NCBI RefSeq assembly: GCF_048594845.1 | Contig: NZ_JBMDXE010000317.1 | Span: 2,726-66,725, forward strand | Direction: 5' to 3' | From: Rhodopseudomonas sp. | Lineage (GTDB): Bacteria > Pseudomonadota > Alphaproteobacteria > Rhizobiales > Xanthobacteraceae | DNA: 64,000 nt | In this document: in pieces, positions 47,988 to 57,760 of the stretch | Position numbering within the stretch: the stretch's first letter is position 1 | Layout: each line of letters opens with the position of its first letter | Program-made: the position numbers and the translations under genes | Notes under the pieces: model-generated | Seen by the model: the letters and a program-made list of their open reading frames with translations, nothing else | Told to the model about the DNA's origin: nothing | Databases searched by the model: none

Positions 47988-49457
47988 ATGAAAACCATCA
48001 AGTTTCTGGCCCTGAGTTCGGCCGCGGCGGTGATCGCCGTTGGGAGCGCTCAGGCCGCCGATCTGCCGCTGAAGGCCAAGGCCGTTGAGTACGTCAAGGT
48101 CTGCTCGATCTACGGGGCGGGCTTCTACTACATCCCGGGTACCGACACCTGCATCAAGCTCGGCGGCTATACCCGCGCCGACGCGACGCTCTACGGCTCC
48201 GGCGCCTACAACGCCCCCGCCTGGAACGGCAACGCGGGCCAGAAGAACCGCCTCGCCAACAACTTCATCTTCCGGTCGCGCCAGGATCTCAACATCGACA
48301 CCCGCACCGCGACCGAATACGGCGTGGTCCGCACGTACTTCGATGCGACCTTCAACTGGACCTCGGGTGACGGCGTCGCCGGTGGTACGCTCGGCGTTTA
48401 CTATGCCTTCGTGCAGTTCGCCGGCTTCACCTTCGGTAAGGCGGTGTCGCAGTTCGATACGCCCTGGACCGGCTACCCGGGCAACAACACGTCCTTCCTG
48501 ATCGGCGGTTATGATGACGTCACCGGCATCAACCAGATCTCGTACACCGCGCAGTTCGGCAACGGCGTGTCGGCCGCGATCTCGCTGGAAGATCCGTCGT
48601 CCTACCTGCAGTCTGGCCTGTACAACACCAGCAATCCGGGCCTGACGGCTGCTCAGATCAACGCCGCCTATCCGGCTGGCGTGTTCGGCACCAACTCCTA
48701 CGCCGGCGTCGCTGTTCCGGATATCGTCGGTCAGGTGCGCGTCGACCAGGCCTGGGGCCTGTTCCAGGTGTCGGCCGCGGCGCATCAGCTGCGCGCCAGC
48801 TACTACACGCCGTCGCTCGAGACCTCGGGTCACCCGAGCGACACGTGGGGCTACGCCGTCCAGGCCGCCCTGTCGATTAAGAACCTGCCGACCGGCCCCG
48901 GCGACAGCTTCAACATCACCGCCACCTACTCGAACGGCGCGACCCGTTACGTCATCGGCGGCGTCGGCCCGAACTCGTTCGCGATCTACGGCAACTCCGG
49001 CCTCGCCGGCGTGTATCAGAGCATTGCTTTCGCCAGCGCGCCGGACGGTGTGTTCGGCGGCCTGAACAACGTCGTCGGGACCAACATCGAGAAGACGACC
49101 GCCTGGGGCGTGCGTGGTGCGTTCAACCACAACTGGAACCCCTACTGGTCGAGCTCGCTGTTCGGATCGTACAGCGCGGTGGACTTCAACTCGAACGCTA
49201 CGGCTCTGATCTCGACGGCTTACGGCACGCCGTACAATCCGAACTTCCGGATTGCGCAGATCGGCACCGTCACCCGCTGGACTCCCGTCAAGAACCTGAC
49301 GCTGTCGGGCGAAGTCATGTACACCTACCTCGATCAGGCCAACAGCGGCCTCGTCGTCCTGACGGCGCCGGGCGCCACCAAGCCGGCGGGCGCGACCTAC
49401 GAGTACAAGGACCAGGGCGTCTGGAGCGGCAACCTCCGCGTTCAGCGCACGTTCTGA
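47988..49457 (+). CDS. Alphaproteobacterial porin (Omp2b/RopA family)
   Basis: Signal peptide then ADLP.KAKAVEYVKVCS.YGAGFYYIPGTDTCIKLGGY, RTATEYG..RTY; C-terminal Phe (RVQRTF). ATG 47988 with GGAGG RBS. Confidence 0.95.
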   Translation: MKTIKFLALSSAAAVIAVGSAQAADLPLKAKAVEYVKVCSIYGAGFYYIPGTDTCIKLGGYTRADATLYGSGAYNAPAWNGNAGQKNRLANNFIFRSRQDLNIDTRTATEYGVVRTYFDATFNWTSGDGVAGGTLGVYYAFVQFAGFTFGKAVSQFDTPWTGYPGNNTSFLIGGYDDVTGINQISYTAQFGNGVSAAISLEDPSSYLQSGLYNTSNPGLTAAQINAAYPAGVFGTNSYAGVAVPDIVGQVRVDQAWGLFQVSAAAHQLRASYYTPSLETSGHPSDTWGYAVQAALSIKNLPTGPGDSFNITATYSNGATRYVIGGVGPNSFAIYGNSGLAGVYQSIAFASAPDGVFGGLNNVVGTNIEKTTAWGVRGAFNHNWNPYWSSSLFGSYSAVDFNSNATALISTAYGTPYNPNFRIAQIGTVTRWTPVKNLTLSGEVMYTYLDQANSGLVVLTAPGATKPAGATYEYKDQGVWSGNLRVQRTF

Positions 49458-49495
49458 TCCTCGTCCCCGAGACGAAATCAGTCAGACAGCCATCG

Positions 49496-49527
49496 AACCC
49501 CGGCGGGCAACCGCCGGGGTTTTCGTT
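49496..49527 (+). terminator. Rho-independent terminator after the porin gene
   Basis: AACCCCGGCGG-GCAA-CCGCCGGGGTT followed by TTCGTTT. Confidence 0.85.
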
Positions 49528-49720
49528 TGCATTCGCGCGATCGATGCGAGTTGTCCGACGGAAGTCGCGCCGCGAGGTGATGATCGGGTGGCGGGCTGAT
49601 TGGTAACGATGTGCAGACGACGTGCCACGACCTCGAAACCACGCGTGTGTACGGCGTGCATCGCTGCGAGGAAATGTCAGATCCGAACGCCTCGTGAACA
49701 ATAGATGAGTAAATCACCTA

Positions 49721-49858
49721 TTGAACTCAACGGAAATGATCATATACTTGTTCATGCGCGGCGTGCTCTCGCCGAGCCTGAGCGAAGGAGATCGCTACGA
49801 CTTCTTTCCTTCTGTAATACCTCCAAGAAACCTCCGGCAATGCCCTGCCGGAGGTTTT
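49721..49858 (+). ncRNA. Candidate small RNA (promoter plus terminator within an intergenic region)
   Basis: TTGAAC-N16-TATACT (49721-49748), about 105 nt body with a pyrimidine-rich CCTCC segment, hairpin AAACCTCCGGCA/TGCCGGAGGTTT (49828-49857). Confidence 0.45.
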
Positions 49859-50213
49859 CGAGTTTCTGAGGGTCCAAGATCGCCTCGCTTGGCGTCCTTG
49901 AAGAGATTTCGCCTCGAGCCGGCGCTCAAGCTGAGCAGCCTTGCGACGGCGGAATGTCTGCGTCTGCCGAACCGGCCCCTCGTGGTGCACGCATCCATGA
50001 GCCTCCGACGTGGCCAAGAGAGCGTGACAAATCAATGTCCTAGCGGTCCGCGAGCGGCAGCCGCCCGATGGCCTCGGCAAACGATTCGACACGCTTCTCA
50101 AGAACGCTTTGGCGTCTTCGCCGATGGTTGCATGGCTCTTTTCGGCGAACCGATTAGACGAATCGGATCAACCACTTCAGCGGGCGGTCCGCCCGCGATC
50201 AGAAAGCGCCGTG

Positions 50214-51776
50214 ATGGTCCTCGACAGCTCTCGCGTCCTTGCTCCCCACCTCCGTGCGAAGATCATGACGGCGGCCGATGCGGCGGCCCAGATTCCGTCC
50301 GGCGCTCATGTCGGGATGAGCGGCTTCACCGGCGCCGGCTATCCCAAGCTGCTGCCGCTGGCGCTCGCCGAACGCATCAACGCACATCACGCGCGGGGTC
50401 AGAAATTCAAGGTCAGCGTCTGGACCGGCGCCTCCACGGCGCCGGAGCTGGACGGCGCACTCGCCAAGGTCGACGGCATCGAGATGCGGTTGCCGTATCA
50501 GTCCGATCCGACCTGCCGCAAACGCATCAATTCCGGCCGGATGGAATACATCGACATCCATCTGTCGCATGTCGCCCAGCACGTCTGGTTCGGTTTCCTC
50601 GGCAAGCTCGACATCGCCATCGTCGAGGTCGCGGGCATTCGCGAGGACGGCAGCCTGATCCCGTCGTCGTCGATCGGCAACAACAAGACCTGGCTCGACC
50701 TCGCCGACAAGGTGATCCTCGAGGTGAACTCCTGGCAGGACATCCGCCTCGAAGGCATGCACGACGTGTATTACGGCACGCAGCTGCCGCCGCATCGCAA
50801 GCCGATTCCGATCGTCGCCTCGGGCGACCGCATCGGCGAGCAATATCTGCGCTGCGATCCGTCCAAGATCGTCGCGATCGTCGAGACCAATCTGCCGGAC
50901 CGCAACTCCGCATTCTCGGCACCCGACGAGGCGTCGCAGGCGATCGCCGGCCATATTCTCGAATTCCTCGGTCACGAGGTGAAGAAGGGCCGTCTGCCGC
51001 CGAACCTGCTGCCGCTGCAGTCCGGTGTCGGCAATGTCGCCAACGCGGTGATGGCCGGACTCGAAGAGGGCCCGTTCGAAAACCTCACCGCATACACCGA
51101 GGTGCTGCAGGACGGCATGCTGCAGCTCCTGCGCAAGGGCAAGCTGACCCACGCGTCGGCCACCGCGCTGTCGCTGTCGCCCGAAGGCTACGACGAATTC
51201 CTGCGCAATCTCGACTTCTACCGCGAGCGCATCGTGCTGCGGCCGCAGGAAATCTCCAACCATCCCGAGGTGATCCGCCGGCTCGGTGTGATCGCGATGA
51301 ACGGACTGATCGAGGCCGACATCTACGGCAACGTCAATTCGACCCACATCACCGGCACCAGCATCATGAACGGCATCGGCGGCTCGGGCGATTTCGCCCG
51401 CAACAGCTTCCTGTCGTTCTTCATGACGCCGTCGGCCGCCAAGGGCGGCAAGATCTCGTGCATCGTGCCGATGGCCTCGCATGTCGACCACACCGAGCAC
51501 GACGTGCAGGTGATTGTCACCGAGCAGGGCCTCGCCGATCTGCGTGGTCTGTCGCCGAAAGCCCGCGCCAAGGTCATCATCGAAAACTGCGCGCACCCCA
51601 CCTTCAAGCCGGCGCTGAAGGAATACTACAAGCGCGCGCTGGAATACTCGCCCGGGCTCCACACCCCGCACATCCTCGACGAGGCGCTGACCTTCCTGCC
51701 GAACTGGATGGCCAACAAGGCGGCGCGAGAAGCCTGGCGCGAGGACGCGGTGGTGCAGGCGGATGTATGGCGGTGA
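50214..51776 (+). CDS. Acetyl-CoA hydrolase/transferase (succinate CoA-transferase type)
   Basis: GMSGFTGAGYPK, TGASTAPELDG, R.PYQSDP, DIHLS, LQSGVGNVANAV, EADIYGNVNSTH, MNGIGGSGDFARN, HVDHTEHDV. Confidence 0.93.
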   Translation: MVLDSSRVLAPHLRAKIMTAADAAAQIPSGAHVGMSGFTGAGYPKLLPLALAERINAHHARGQKFKVSVWTGASTAPELDGALAKVDGIEMRLPYQSDPTCRKRINSGRMEYIDIHLSHVAQHVWFGFLGKLDIAIVEVAGIREDGSLIPSSSIGNNKTWLDLADKVILEVNSWQDIRLEGMHDVYYGTQLPPHRKPIPIVASGDRIGEQYLRCDPSKIVAIVETNLPDRNSAFSAPDEASQAIAGHILEFLGHEVKKGRLPPNLLPLQSGVGNVANAVMAGLEEGPFENLTAYTEVLQDGMLQLLRKGKLTHASATALSLSPEGYDEFLRNLDFYRERIVLRPQEISNHPEVIRRLGVIAMNGLIEADIYGNVNSTHITGTSIMNGIGGSGDFARNSFLSFFMTPSAAKGGKISCIVPMASHVDHTEHDVQVIVTEQGLADLRGLSPKARAKVIIENCAHPTFKPALKEYYKRALEYSPGLHTPHILDEALTFLPNWMANKAAREAWREDAVVQADVWR

Positions 51777-51803
51777 AAGCGCTGACCTGACAACTGGCAC
51801 AAC

Positions 51804-51908
51804 CCTCATCCTGAGGAGCGGCCTCTTGGCCGCGTCTCGAGGATGAGCTGATGAAACCGCGGCCCATCCTTCGAGACGCCGCGCTTTGCGCGGCTCCTCA
51901 GGATGAGG
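51804..51908. repeat. Bradyrhizobiaceae-type palindromic element
   Basis: CCTCATCCTGAGGAGC...CGTCTCGA / TCGAGACG...GCTCCTCAGGATGAGG; lies between convergent genes. Confidence 0.85.
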
Positions 51909-51936
51909 ATGTGCCTGAGGCGGGACTCGGATCGCG

Positions 51937-52995
51937 CTACTCCGCCGCCTGCAGTCTCGCCGCCTTCTTCTTTGGTGCGATCCAGAACGCATCGGGCCGG
52001 TCGAACAGGAAGCGAGCGCCGGTTTTCAGCGCCAGCCACCAGATGACCAGCGCGCCGACCACGCCGGCGATGTTGACCAAAATCGCGATCACGCCGAGAT
52101 CGAGGAAGCCGCCGAATTTCAGCAGCAGCGACCGGCTGATCGCCATCGGCAGAAAGAACGCCAGATAGATCACGATCGAATGCTCGCCGCAGAACCGCAG
52201 GCCATCGAGCCAGCGCTTCTCCGCCAGCAGCGTGCCGACCGTGATGATGGCGCAAGCGCCCGCGAGGCCGAGCACCAGCGAGATCAGCGGCCATTCGCTG
52301 ACGCCGACATGGACCAGCGCGGCATTCACCACCGCCCAGACCGCAAGTCCCGCGAGCGCCAACGCCGGCCGGGCGCGGGCCGCATCCGAGAACGCGAAGA
52401 CATGCCGGGCGAACAGATAGCCGGTGTAGAAATAGAAGAACCGCGCGCAGAATTCGTCCGGCACCATCCAGCCGGTCTGCACATGCAGCGATTCCAGCAC
52501 CGCCGCGATTGCCCAGATCAGCAGCGGCGGCAGGCCGCGCGTCGCCTTGGTGACGACGAAGAAGATCGGCAGCAGGTAGATGAACCACAGCGTGCCGAAC
52601 GGGTCGATGAACGACAGCGCATACAGCTTGGCGACGCCCGCCCAGCCCATCTCGGCCGCGAAGCTCGGCGCCTTGACGGCGAACTGGATCGTCACCCACA
52701 GCACGTAGAAGTAAGCGAAGTGCACCACCTTGCGGTCCAGATAGGTCCGCCAGTCGCGGTCGATCACCACCGCCAGGAACAGGCCGGAGATCAGGAAGAA
52801 GTCCGGCATCCGGAACGGCTTGGCGAACTCGACCACGTAGTGCATGAAACTGGTCTGGCCCGCGGCCGCTTCGACGCCCAGCACCGAATGCATCATCACC
52901 ACCATGATGATGCAGATCCCCTTGGCGTAATCGACCCAGTCGACGCGGTCGCCGTGCATGCGCGCCGGAGCATGTGTGCCGTTCGCGGTCATCAT
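51937..52995 (-). CDS. Acyltransferase family 3 membrane protein
   Basis: RVDWVDYAKGICII.VV..H, PFRMPDFFLISG, LWFIYLL, GEHSIVIYL. Confidence 0.88.
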   Translation of the reverse strand: MMTANGTHAPARMHGDRVDWVDYAKGICIIMVVMMHSVLGVEAAAGQTSFMHYVVEFAKPFRMPDFFLISGLFLAVVIDRDWRTYLDRKVVHFAYFYVLWVTIQFAVKAPSFAAEMGWAGVAKLYALSFIDPFGTLWFIYLLPIFFVVTKATRGLPPLLIWAIAAVLESLHVQTGWMVPDEFCARFFYFYTGYLFARHVFAFSDAARARPALALAGLAVWAVVNAALVHVGVSEWPLISLVLGLAGACAIITVGTLLAEKRWLDGLRFCGEHSIVIYLAFFLPMAISRSLLLKFGGFLDLGVIAILVNIAGVVGALVIWWLALKTGARFLFDRPDAFWIAPKKKAARLQAAE

Positions 52996-53162
52996 TGTTC
53001 CTGTCTGATGCGGCTCGGTCGCATCTTCCGCATGATCGGTTGCGTTAGTGTTGCGCGGATCAAGGAATGTGCCGGGTTTGGTGGATTGTGATCGCCGCGG
53101 CGGTTTTGCCGCGGATTATGGTTTCTGTTAACCAACCGCGCCGTTCAGCCCCCGAGTGATCC

Positions 53163-55724
53163 TTGCCCCGAACTTTCGACACGCCGCTTCCGATCGATGA
53201 TGCCCTCGGTGATCTGACCTCCGCGCTCGCGGCCGGCAGCACCGCCGTGCTGGTCGCGCCGCCGGGCGCCGGCAAGACCACGCGGGTGCCGCTGGCATTG
53301 CTCGATGCGCCGTGGCTGCAGGGGCAGAAGATCATCGTGCTGGAGCCGCGCCGCATTGCCGCGCGCGCCTCCGCGGAGCGGATGGCCAAGACACTTGGCG
53401 AGAAGCCCGGCGAGACCGTCGGCTACCGCGTCCGGTTCGGCTCGAAAGTGTCGCGCGCGACGCGGATCGAGGTCGTCACCGAAGGCATCTTCACCCGGCA
53501 GATCCTCGACGATCCGGAACTGTCCGGCGCCGGCGCCGTGCTGTTCGACGAGTTTCACGAGCGCTCGCTCGATGCCGATCTGGGATTGGCGCTGGCGCGC
53601 GACGCGCAGCAGGGCCTGCGTGAAGATCTGCGCATCCTGGTGATGTCGGCGACGATCGATGGGGCGCGTGTCGCCAGGCTGCTCGGCGATGCGCCGGTGG
53701 TCGAAAGCCTTGGGCGCGCGTTTCCGGTCGAGACCCGCTATCTCGGCCGCCGCAGCGATGCGCCGATAGAGCGGCAGATGGCAGAGGCGATCGCGTCGGC
53801 ATTGCGCGGCGATGCCGGCTCGGTGCTGGCATTCCTGCCCGGCGCCGCCGAGATCCGGCGCACCGAGACGATGCTGCGCGAAAGGGTGCAGGACCCGGCG
53901 GTCGAGATCGTGCCGCTGTTCGGCGCGCTCGACGCCGCCGTGCAGGACCGCGCCATTCAGCCGGCGCCGAAGGGGCATCGCAAGGTGGTGCTGGCGACCT
54001 CGATCGCCGAGACCTCGCTGACCATCGAGGGCGTGCGTATCGTGGTCGATTGCGGGCTCGCCCGCGTGCCACGCTACGAGCCGGATCTCGGGCTGACGCG
54101 GTTGGAAACGGTGCGGGCCTCGCGCGCGGCGGTCGATCAGCGCCGCGGCCGTGCCGGCCGTATCGAGCCCGGCGTGTGCTACCGGCTGTGGGACGAGCCG
54201 CAGACCGCGTCGCTGCCGGCCTATACGCAGCCGGAAATCCTCAGCGCCGATCTGTCGTCGCTGCTGCTCGATCTGGCGCAATGGGGCGTCGCCGATCCGG
54301 CCTCCCTGGCGTTCCTCGATTCGCCGCCGGCGCCCGCGCTGAAGGAGGCGCGCGAGTTGTTGCGCGAGCTCGGCGCGCTGGATGCCGACGGCCGCATCAC
54401 CGACGAGGGCCGTGCGCTACGGGCGATGGCGCTGCCGCCGCGGTTGGCGCGGATGATCGTCGATGCGGCGCGTTTCGATCATGCCGAGGCGGCCGCCGAG
54501 ATCGCCGCGATCCTCACCGAGCGCGGACTCGGCGGCGACAGCGCCGACCTCGATGCCCGCCGCGACAACTTCCGCCGCGACCGCTCGCAACGCGCGACGA
54601 GCGCGCGACAGATGGCGGAGAGGTGGGCGAGGCAGGCGTCTTCGTCTTCACCTTCCCCCTTGCGGGGCGCCTCTTCTCCCTCCCCGCAAGGGGGAGGGGA
54701 GTCACGCCGGGGTTCAGGGCGAGGTGTCGCCGCACAAAGAGAAGTAGCCGGCGAGGAGCTCAGCTCCGGTGTCCTGCTCGCCTTCGCCTTTCCGGATCGC
54801 GTTGCCAAGAACCGCGGCAATGGCTCGTTCGTGCTCGCCAATGGCCGCGGTGCCAGTGTTGAGCAGACGTCGGCGCTGGCGCGTGCGCCATATCTGGCGG
54901 TCGGTGAGCTCACCGGCACGGCGGCGCACGGGCGTATTTTGTTGGCGGCGCCGATCACGCTGGCGGAAATCGAACGGCATTTCGGCGATCAGATCACCGA
55001 CGCGGACGACGTCACCTTCGACCGCGCCGCGATGGCGCTGCGGGCGCGGCGGCGGCGCGCGCTGCATGCGATTACGTTCTCCGAAGCGCCGCTTGCGCTG
55101 GCGCCATCCGAGCACACCGCGCGCGTGCTGGCCGATGGGCTGATCGCTGCCGGGCTCGACCGGTTGCCGTGGTCGAAGCAGCTTCAGCAATGGCGCGGGC
55201 GGGTGATGTTTCTGCGCAAGGCCGAGGGCGAACCGTGGCCAGATCTGTCGGACGACGGCCTTGCCGCGCAGCGCGAGGCTTGGCTGGTACCGGCGCTGTT
55301 CGACAAGACCGGGCTCAAGGACATATCGGCCTCGGACCTGTCCGATGCGCTGATGAACCTGCTGCCGTGGGAGTTGCGCAGCCGGCTCGATCGTGAGGCG
55401 CCGACGCATTTCGAGGCGCCGACCGGCAGCCATCTGCCAATCGATTACGAGGCCGAACAGGGGCCGACGATCGCGGTGCGGCTGCAGGAGCTGTTCGGGC
55501 TGACGACGCATCCGTCGGTTGCCGGCGGCAAGGTGCCGCTGGTGCTCGAATTGCTGTCGCCGGCGCATCGTCCCGTGCAGGTCACGCGCGATCTGCCGGG
55601 CTTCTGGCGCGGCTCCTATGCGGGCGTGCGCGCCGATCTGCGCGGCCGCTATCCGCGCCATCCCTGGCCGGAGGATCCGGCGAGCGCACCGCCGACACGG
55701 CGCGCCAAGCCGCGCGGGACGTAA
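53163..55724 (+). CDS. hrpB: ATP-dependent helicase HrpB
   Basis: APPGAGKTT, EPRRIAAR, DEFHERS, MSAT, ATSIAETSLTIEG, QRRGRAGR, VRLQELFG, LSPA.RP.QVT.DL.GFW. Confidence 0.97.
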   Translation: MPRTFDTPLPIDDALGDLTSALAAGSTAVLVAPPGAGKTTRVPLALLDAPWLQGQKIIVLEPRRIAARASAERMAKTLGEKPGETVGYRVRFGSKVSRATRIEVVTEGIFTRQILDDPELSGAGAVLFDEFHERSLDADLGLALARDAQQGLREDLRILVMSATIDGARVARLLGDAPVVESLGRAFPVETRYLGRRSDAPIERQMAEAIASALRGDAGSVLAFLPGAAEIRRTETMLRERVQDPAVEIVPLFGALDAAVQDRAIQPAPKGHRKVVLATSIAETSLTIEGVRIVVDCGLARVPRYEPDLGLTRLETVRASRAAVDQRRGRAGRIEPGVCYRLWDEPQTASLPAYTQPEILSADLSSLLLDLAQWGVADPASLAFLDSPPAPALKEARELLRELGALDADGRITDEGRALRAMALPPRLARMIVDAARFDHAEAAAEIAAILTERGLGGDSADLDARRDNFRRDRSQRATSARQMAERWARQASSSSPSPLRGASSPSPQGGGESRRGSGRGVAAQREVAGEELSSGVLLAFAFPDRVAKNRGNGSFVLANGRGASVEQTSALARAPYLAVGELTGTAAHGRILLAAPITLAEIERHFGDQITDADDVTFDRAAMALRARRRRALHAITFSEAPLALAPSEHTARVLADGLIAAGLDRLPWSKQLQQWRGRVMFLRKAEGEPWPDLSDDGLAAQREAWLVPALFDKTGLKDISASDLSDALMNLLPWELRSRLDREAPTHFEAPTGSHLPIDYEAEQGPTIAVRLQELFGLTTHPSVAGGKVPLVLELLSPAHRPVQVTRDLPGFWRGSYAGVRADLRGRYPRHPWPEDPASAPPTRRAKPRGT
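54645..54740. repeat. Palindromic element inserted in frame within hrpB
   Basis: Perfect 14 bp inverted repeat TCCCCCTTGCGGGG (54654-54667) / CCCCGCAAGGGGGA (54682-54695), translating as SSSSPSPLRGASSPSPQGGGESRRG. Confidence 0.65.
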
Positions 55725-55880
55725 ACGTCGCGCTGGCTTCATCGGCGCCGCCAGTTCCAAGGCGGCCATTAAGTCTTCGCTCACCCTTTTGGTCAAAATA
55801 AACGGCGGCGAGGTCCGCGTCGGTCGCGGGCGGCGCGGGCGCGTGATCCAATCGCGCCGTTCAGGCTGGTGTGAGTAGGC

Positions 55881-56396
55881 GTGATGCGTAACATCCTGAT
55901 GATCGCTGTGGTGCTGGCGTTTCTCGGCACCGCCATGGCGCAGATGGCCGATCGTATGATGCCGGCGCCGGCGCAAGCCAGCGTCGCCCACAAGGCGACG
56001 ATCGGAATGTCATCGAACGCCGCGACGCGCAGCGTTGCCATCCCGCGCGATGCGCGCGGCCATTTCCAGACCGATGGACGGATCGACGGTCAGCGTATCG
56101 GCTTCATGGTCGACACCGGCGCGTCGGTCGTGGCGCTCAACGAGCGATCGGCGGCGCTGTTCGGGCTGCGGCCTCGGCCGTCGGAGTACACCGCCAAGGT
56201 CTCGACTGCCAACGGCTCCGTCAAGGCGGCGCGGACTCGGCTGGCGATGCTCGACGTCGGCGGACTCATCGTCCGCGATGTCGATGCGCTGGTGCTGCCC
56301 GACGAAGCGCTGTCGGAAAATCTGCTGGGCCTGTCGTTTCTGTCGAAGCTGAAGCGCTTCGAATATGCGAATGGCCAGATGGTTCTCGAGCAGTAG
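55881..56396 (+). CDS. Clan AA aspartic protease (TIGR02281-like)
   Basis: N-terminal TM, RDARGHF, FMVDTGAS.VAL, STANG, NLLGLSFL. Confidence 0.9.
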   Translation: MMRNILMIAVVLAFLGTAMAQMADRMMPAPAQASVAHKATIGMSSNAATRSVAIPRDARGHFQTDGRIDGQRIGFMVDTGASVVALNERSAALFGLRPRPSEYTAKVSTANGSVKAARTRLAMLDVGGLIVRDVDALVLPDEALSENLLGLSFLSKLKRFEYANGQMVLEQ

Positions 56397-56454
56397 GGCG
56401 ATTTGCCTCGCAGCATTGCCGGAACCTTTTGCTGAAAATCAGACGAGTTCCGCC

Positions 56455-56479
56455 GGAACAGGATTACTACTCTGGTGTT
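56455..56479 (+). promoter_or_regulatory. EcfG-type promoter
   Basis: GGAAC-N17-GTT upstream of a small secreted-protein gene. Confidence 0.55.
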
Positions 56480-56516
56480 TCCTCCCCGCTTTTCACCACC
56501 CAAGGAGGAGACATCC

Positions 56517-56729
56517 ATGAAGCTCGGTTATGCCCTGGCGGCGCTTACCGCCGCCACGATTGCGCTGCCGTCGGTCGCGTCCGCCGAAACCACCGTTATC
56601 AAGAAGGTGTATCGCGACGGTCCGCGCGCTGAAATGCGGCACCACGATCGAGGCTGGCACCGCGGCTGGGATCGTCACCATCACCGTCACGGCGACCGCG
56701 TCGTCGTGATCAAGAAGCATCGCTACTAA
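56517..56729 (+). CDS. Small secreted His/Arg-rich protein
   Basis: GGAGGAG RBS, signal peptide (…VASA-E), HHDRGWHRGWDRHHHRHG. Confidence 0.75.
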   Translation: MKLGYALAALTAATIALPSVASAETTVIKKVYRDGPRAEMRHHDRGWHRGWDRHHHRHGDRVVVIKKHRY

Positions 56730-56804
56730 GCGGCTCGGACACATTCTTCGAGGCGGGGCGGCGGATCGTTCAGATCTGCCGCTCCGCTTCTTTGCGTTGA
56801 GGAC

Positions 56805-57674
56805 TCACCCTCGACGTATCAGCATGTCCTTGGCGGCCAGCAGCCCGCCCCCCGCGATCAGCAGGGCGGCGAGCCCCAATGCCGTCGTCGGCTGCGCGTA
56901 GCCGGCCAGAATCAGGAAGCCGGTCGAGAGCAGCGGCGTCGCATAGGACGCTGCGCCCAGGACGCGGATATCGCCGCGCTTCATCCCGATATCCCAGGCG
57001 TAGAACGCCGCGCCGACCGGTCCGACGCCGAGCGCGATGATCGCCAGCCATTGCGAGATGCTTTGCGGCCAGACCGTCGTCTCGATCGCGCCGTGCACCA
57101 GCGCCGCAAGCACGGCCGTCGCCAGGCAGAAACCTGCCACCGCATCGGTCGGCACGGCCTTGAGCCGGCGCGACAGAACCGAATAAGTTGCCCACACGAA
57201 CGCCGCCACGAACGCGGCGGCGAGTCCAGGCCAATGGGCCCGGTCCAGCGTGGCGCCGCTTCCGAGCAGGAGCAGCGCGGTGCCGGCGAGCCCGAGCAGA
57301 GCGCCGGCGAGGTGATGCGGCTTGAGCCGCTCGCCCGGCAGCGCCGAGGAGAACAGCACGATCAACAGCGGCCATAGATAGTTTAGCAGCCCGGCCTCGG
57401 CCGGCGGCGCGAGGCGCAGCGCCAGAAAATACAGCGCGTGATAGCCAAACAGGCCGCCGACACCGACCGCCCAGACCAGCGGCGGCTGCCGCAGTGCCTG
57501 GATCGCACCGGGGCGTACGATCCAGCCCGTCCCGGCCGCCAGCGCGCCGATCGCGAAGGTCATCGCAGCGAGCTGAAATGGCGGGATCGTTCCGGTCCCC
57601 ACCGTCATCACCGCGAGCAACGACCACATCAGAATGGCGGAGAGTCCGATCAGTGTTGCGGTCCGCGGCGTCAT
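56805..57674 (-). CDS. EamA/DMT family transporter (YddG-like)
   Basis: About 10 TM segments; GLFGYHALYF.AL..APPAEAGLLNYLWPLL, WDIGMKRGDI. Confidence 0.9.
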   Translation of the reverse strand: MTPRTATLIGLSAILMWSLLAVMTVGTGTIPPFQLAAMTFAIGALAAGTGWIVRPGAIQALRQPPLVWAVGVGGLFGYHALYFLALRLAPPAEAGLLNYLWPLLIVLFSSALPGERLKPHHLAGALLGLAGTALLLLGSGATLDRAHWPGLAAAFVAAFVWATYSVLSRRLKAVPTDAVAGFCLATAVLAALVHGAIETTVWPQSISQWLAIIALGVGPVGAAFYAWDIGMKRGDIRVLGAASYATPLLSTGFLILAGYAQPTTALGLAALLIAGGGLLAAKDMLIRRG

Positions 57675-57707
57675 CGTCGGTTCGTTGGCTGCTGTCGTTG
57701 AAAAGGA

Positions 57708-57736
57708 GAGGGCGGACCGCGGGACGGTCCGCCCTC
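57708..57736 (-). terminator. Terminator hairpin after phaB
   Basis: GAGGGCGGACCG/CGGTCCGCCCTC stem followed by TCCTTTTC on the minus strand. Confidence 0.65.
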
Positions 57737-57760
57737 GAAGATCCGGCGAGGCGAGTGGCC

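Noticed and set aside
49795-49998. 67 aa minus-strand ORF with a GGAGG RBS
   Set aside because: No recognisable motif, and it runs through the hairpin and candidate sRNA; more likely spurious.
46831-50200. Possible genomic island integrated at tRNA-Leu
   Set aside because: No integrase, and I saw no duplicated tRNA 3' end (att site); the cargo is an ordinary MarR and porin.
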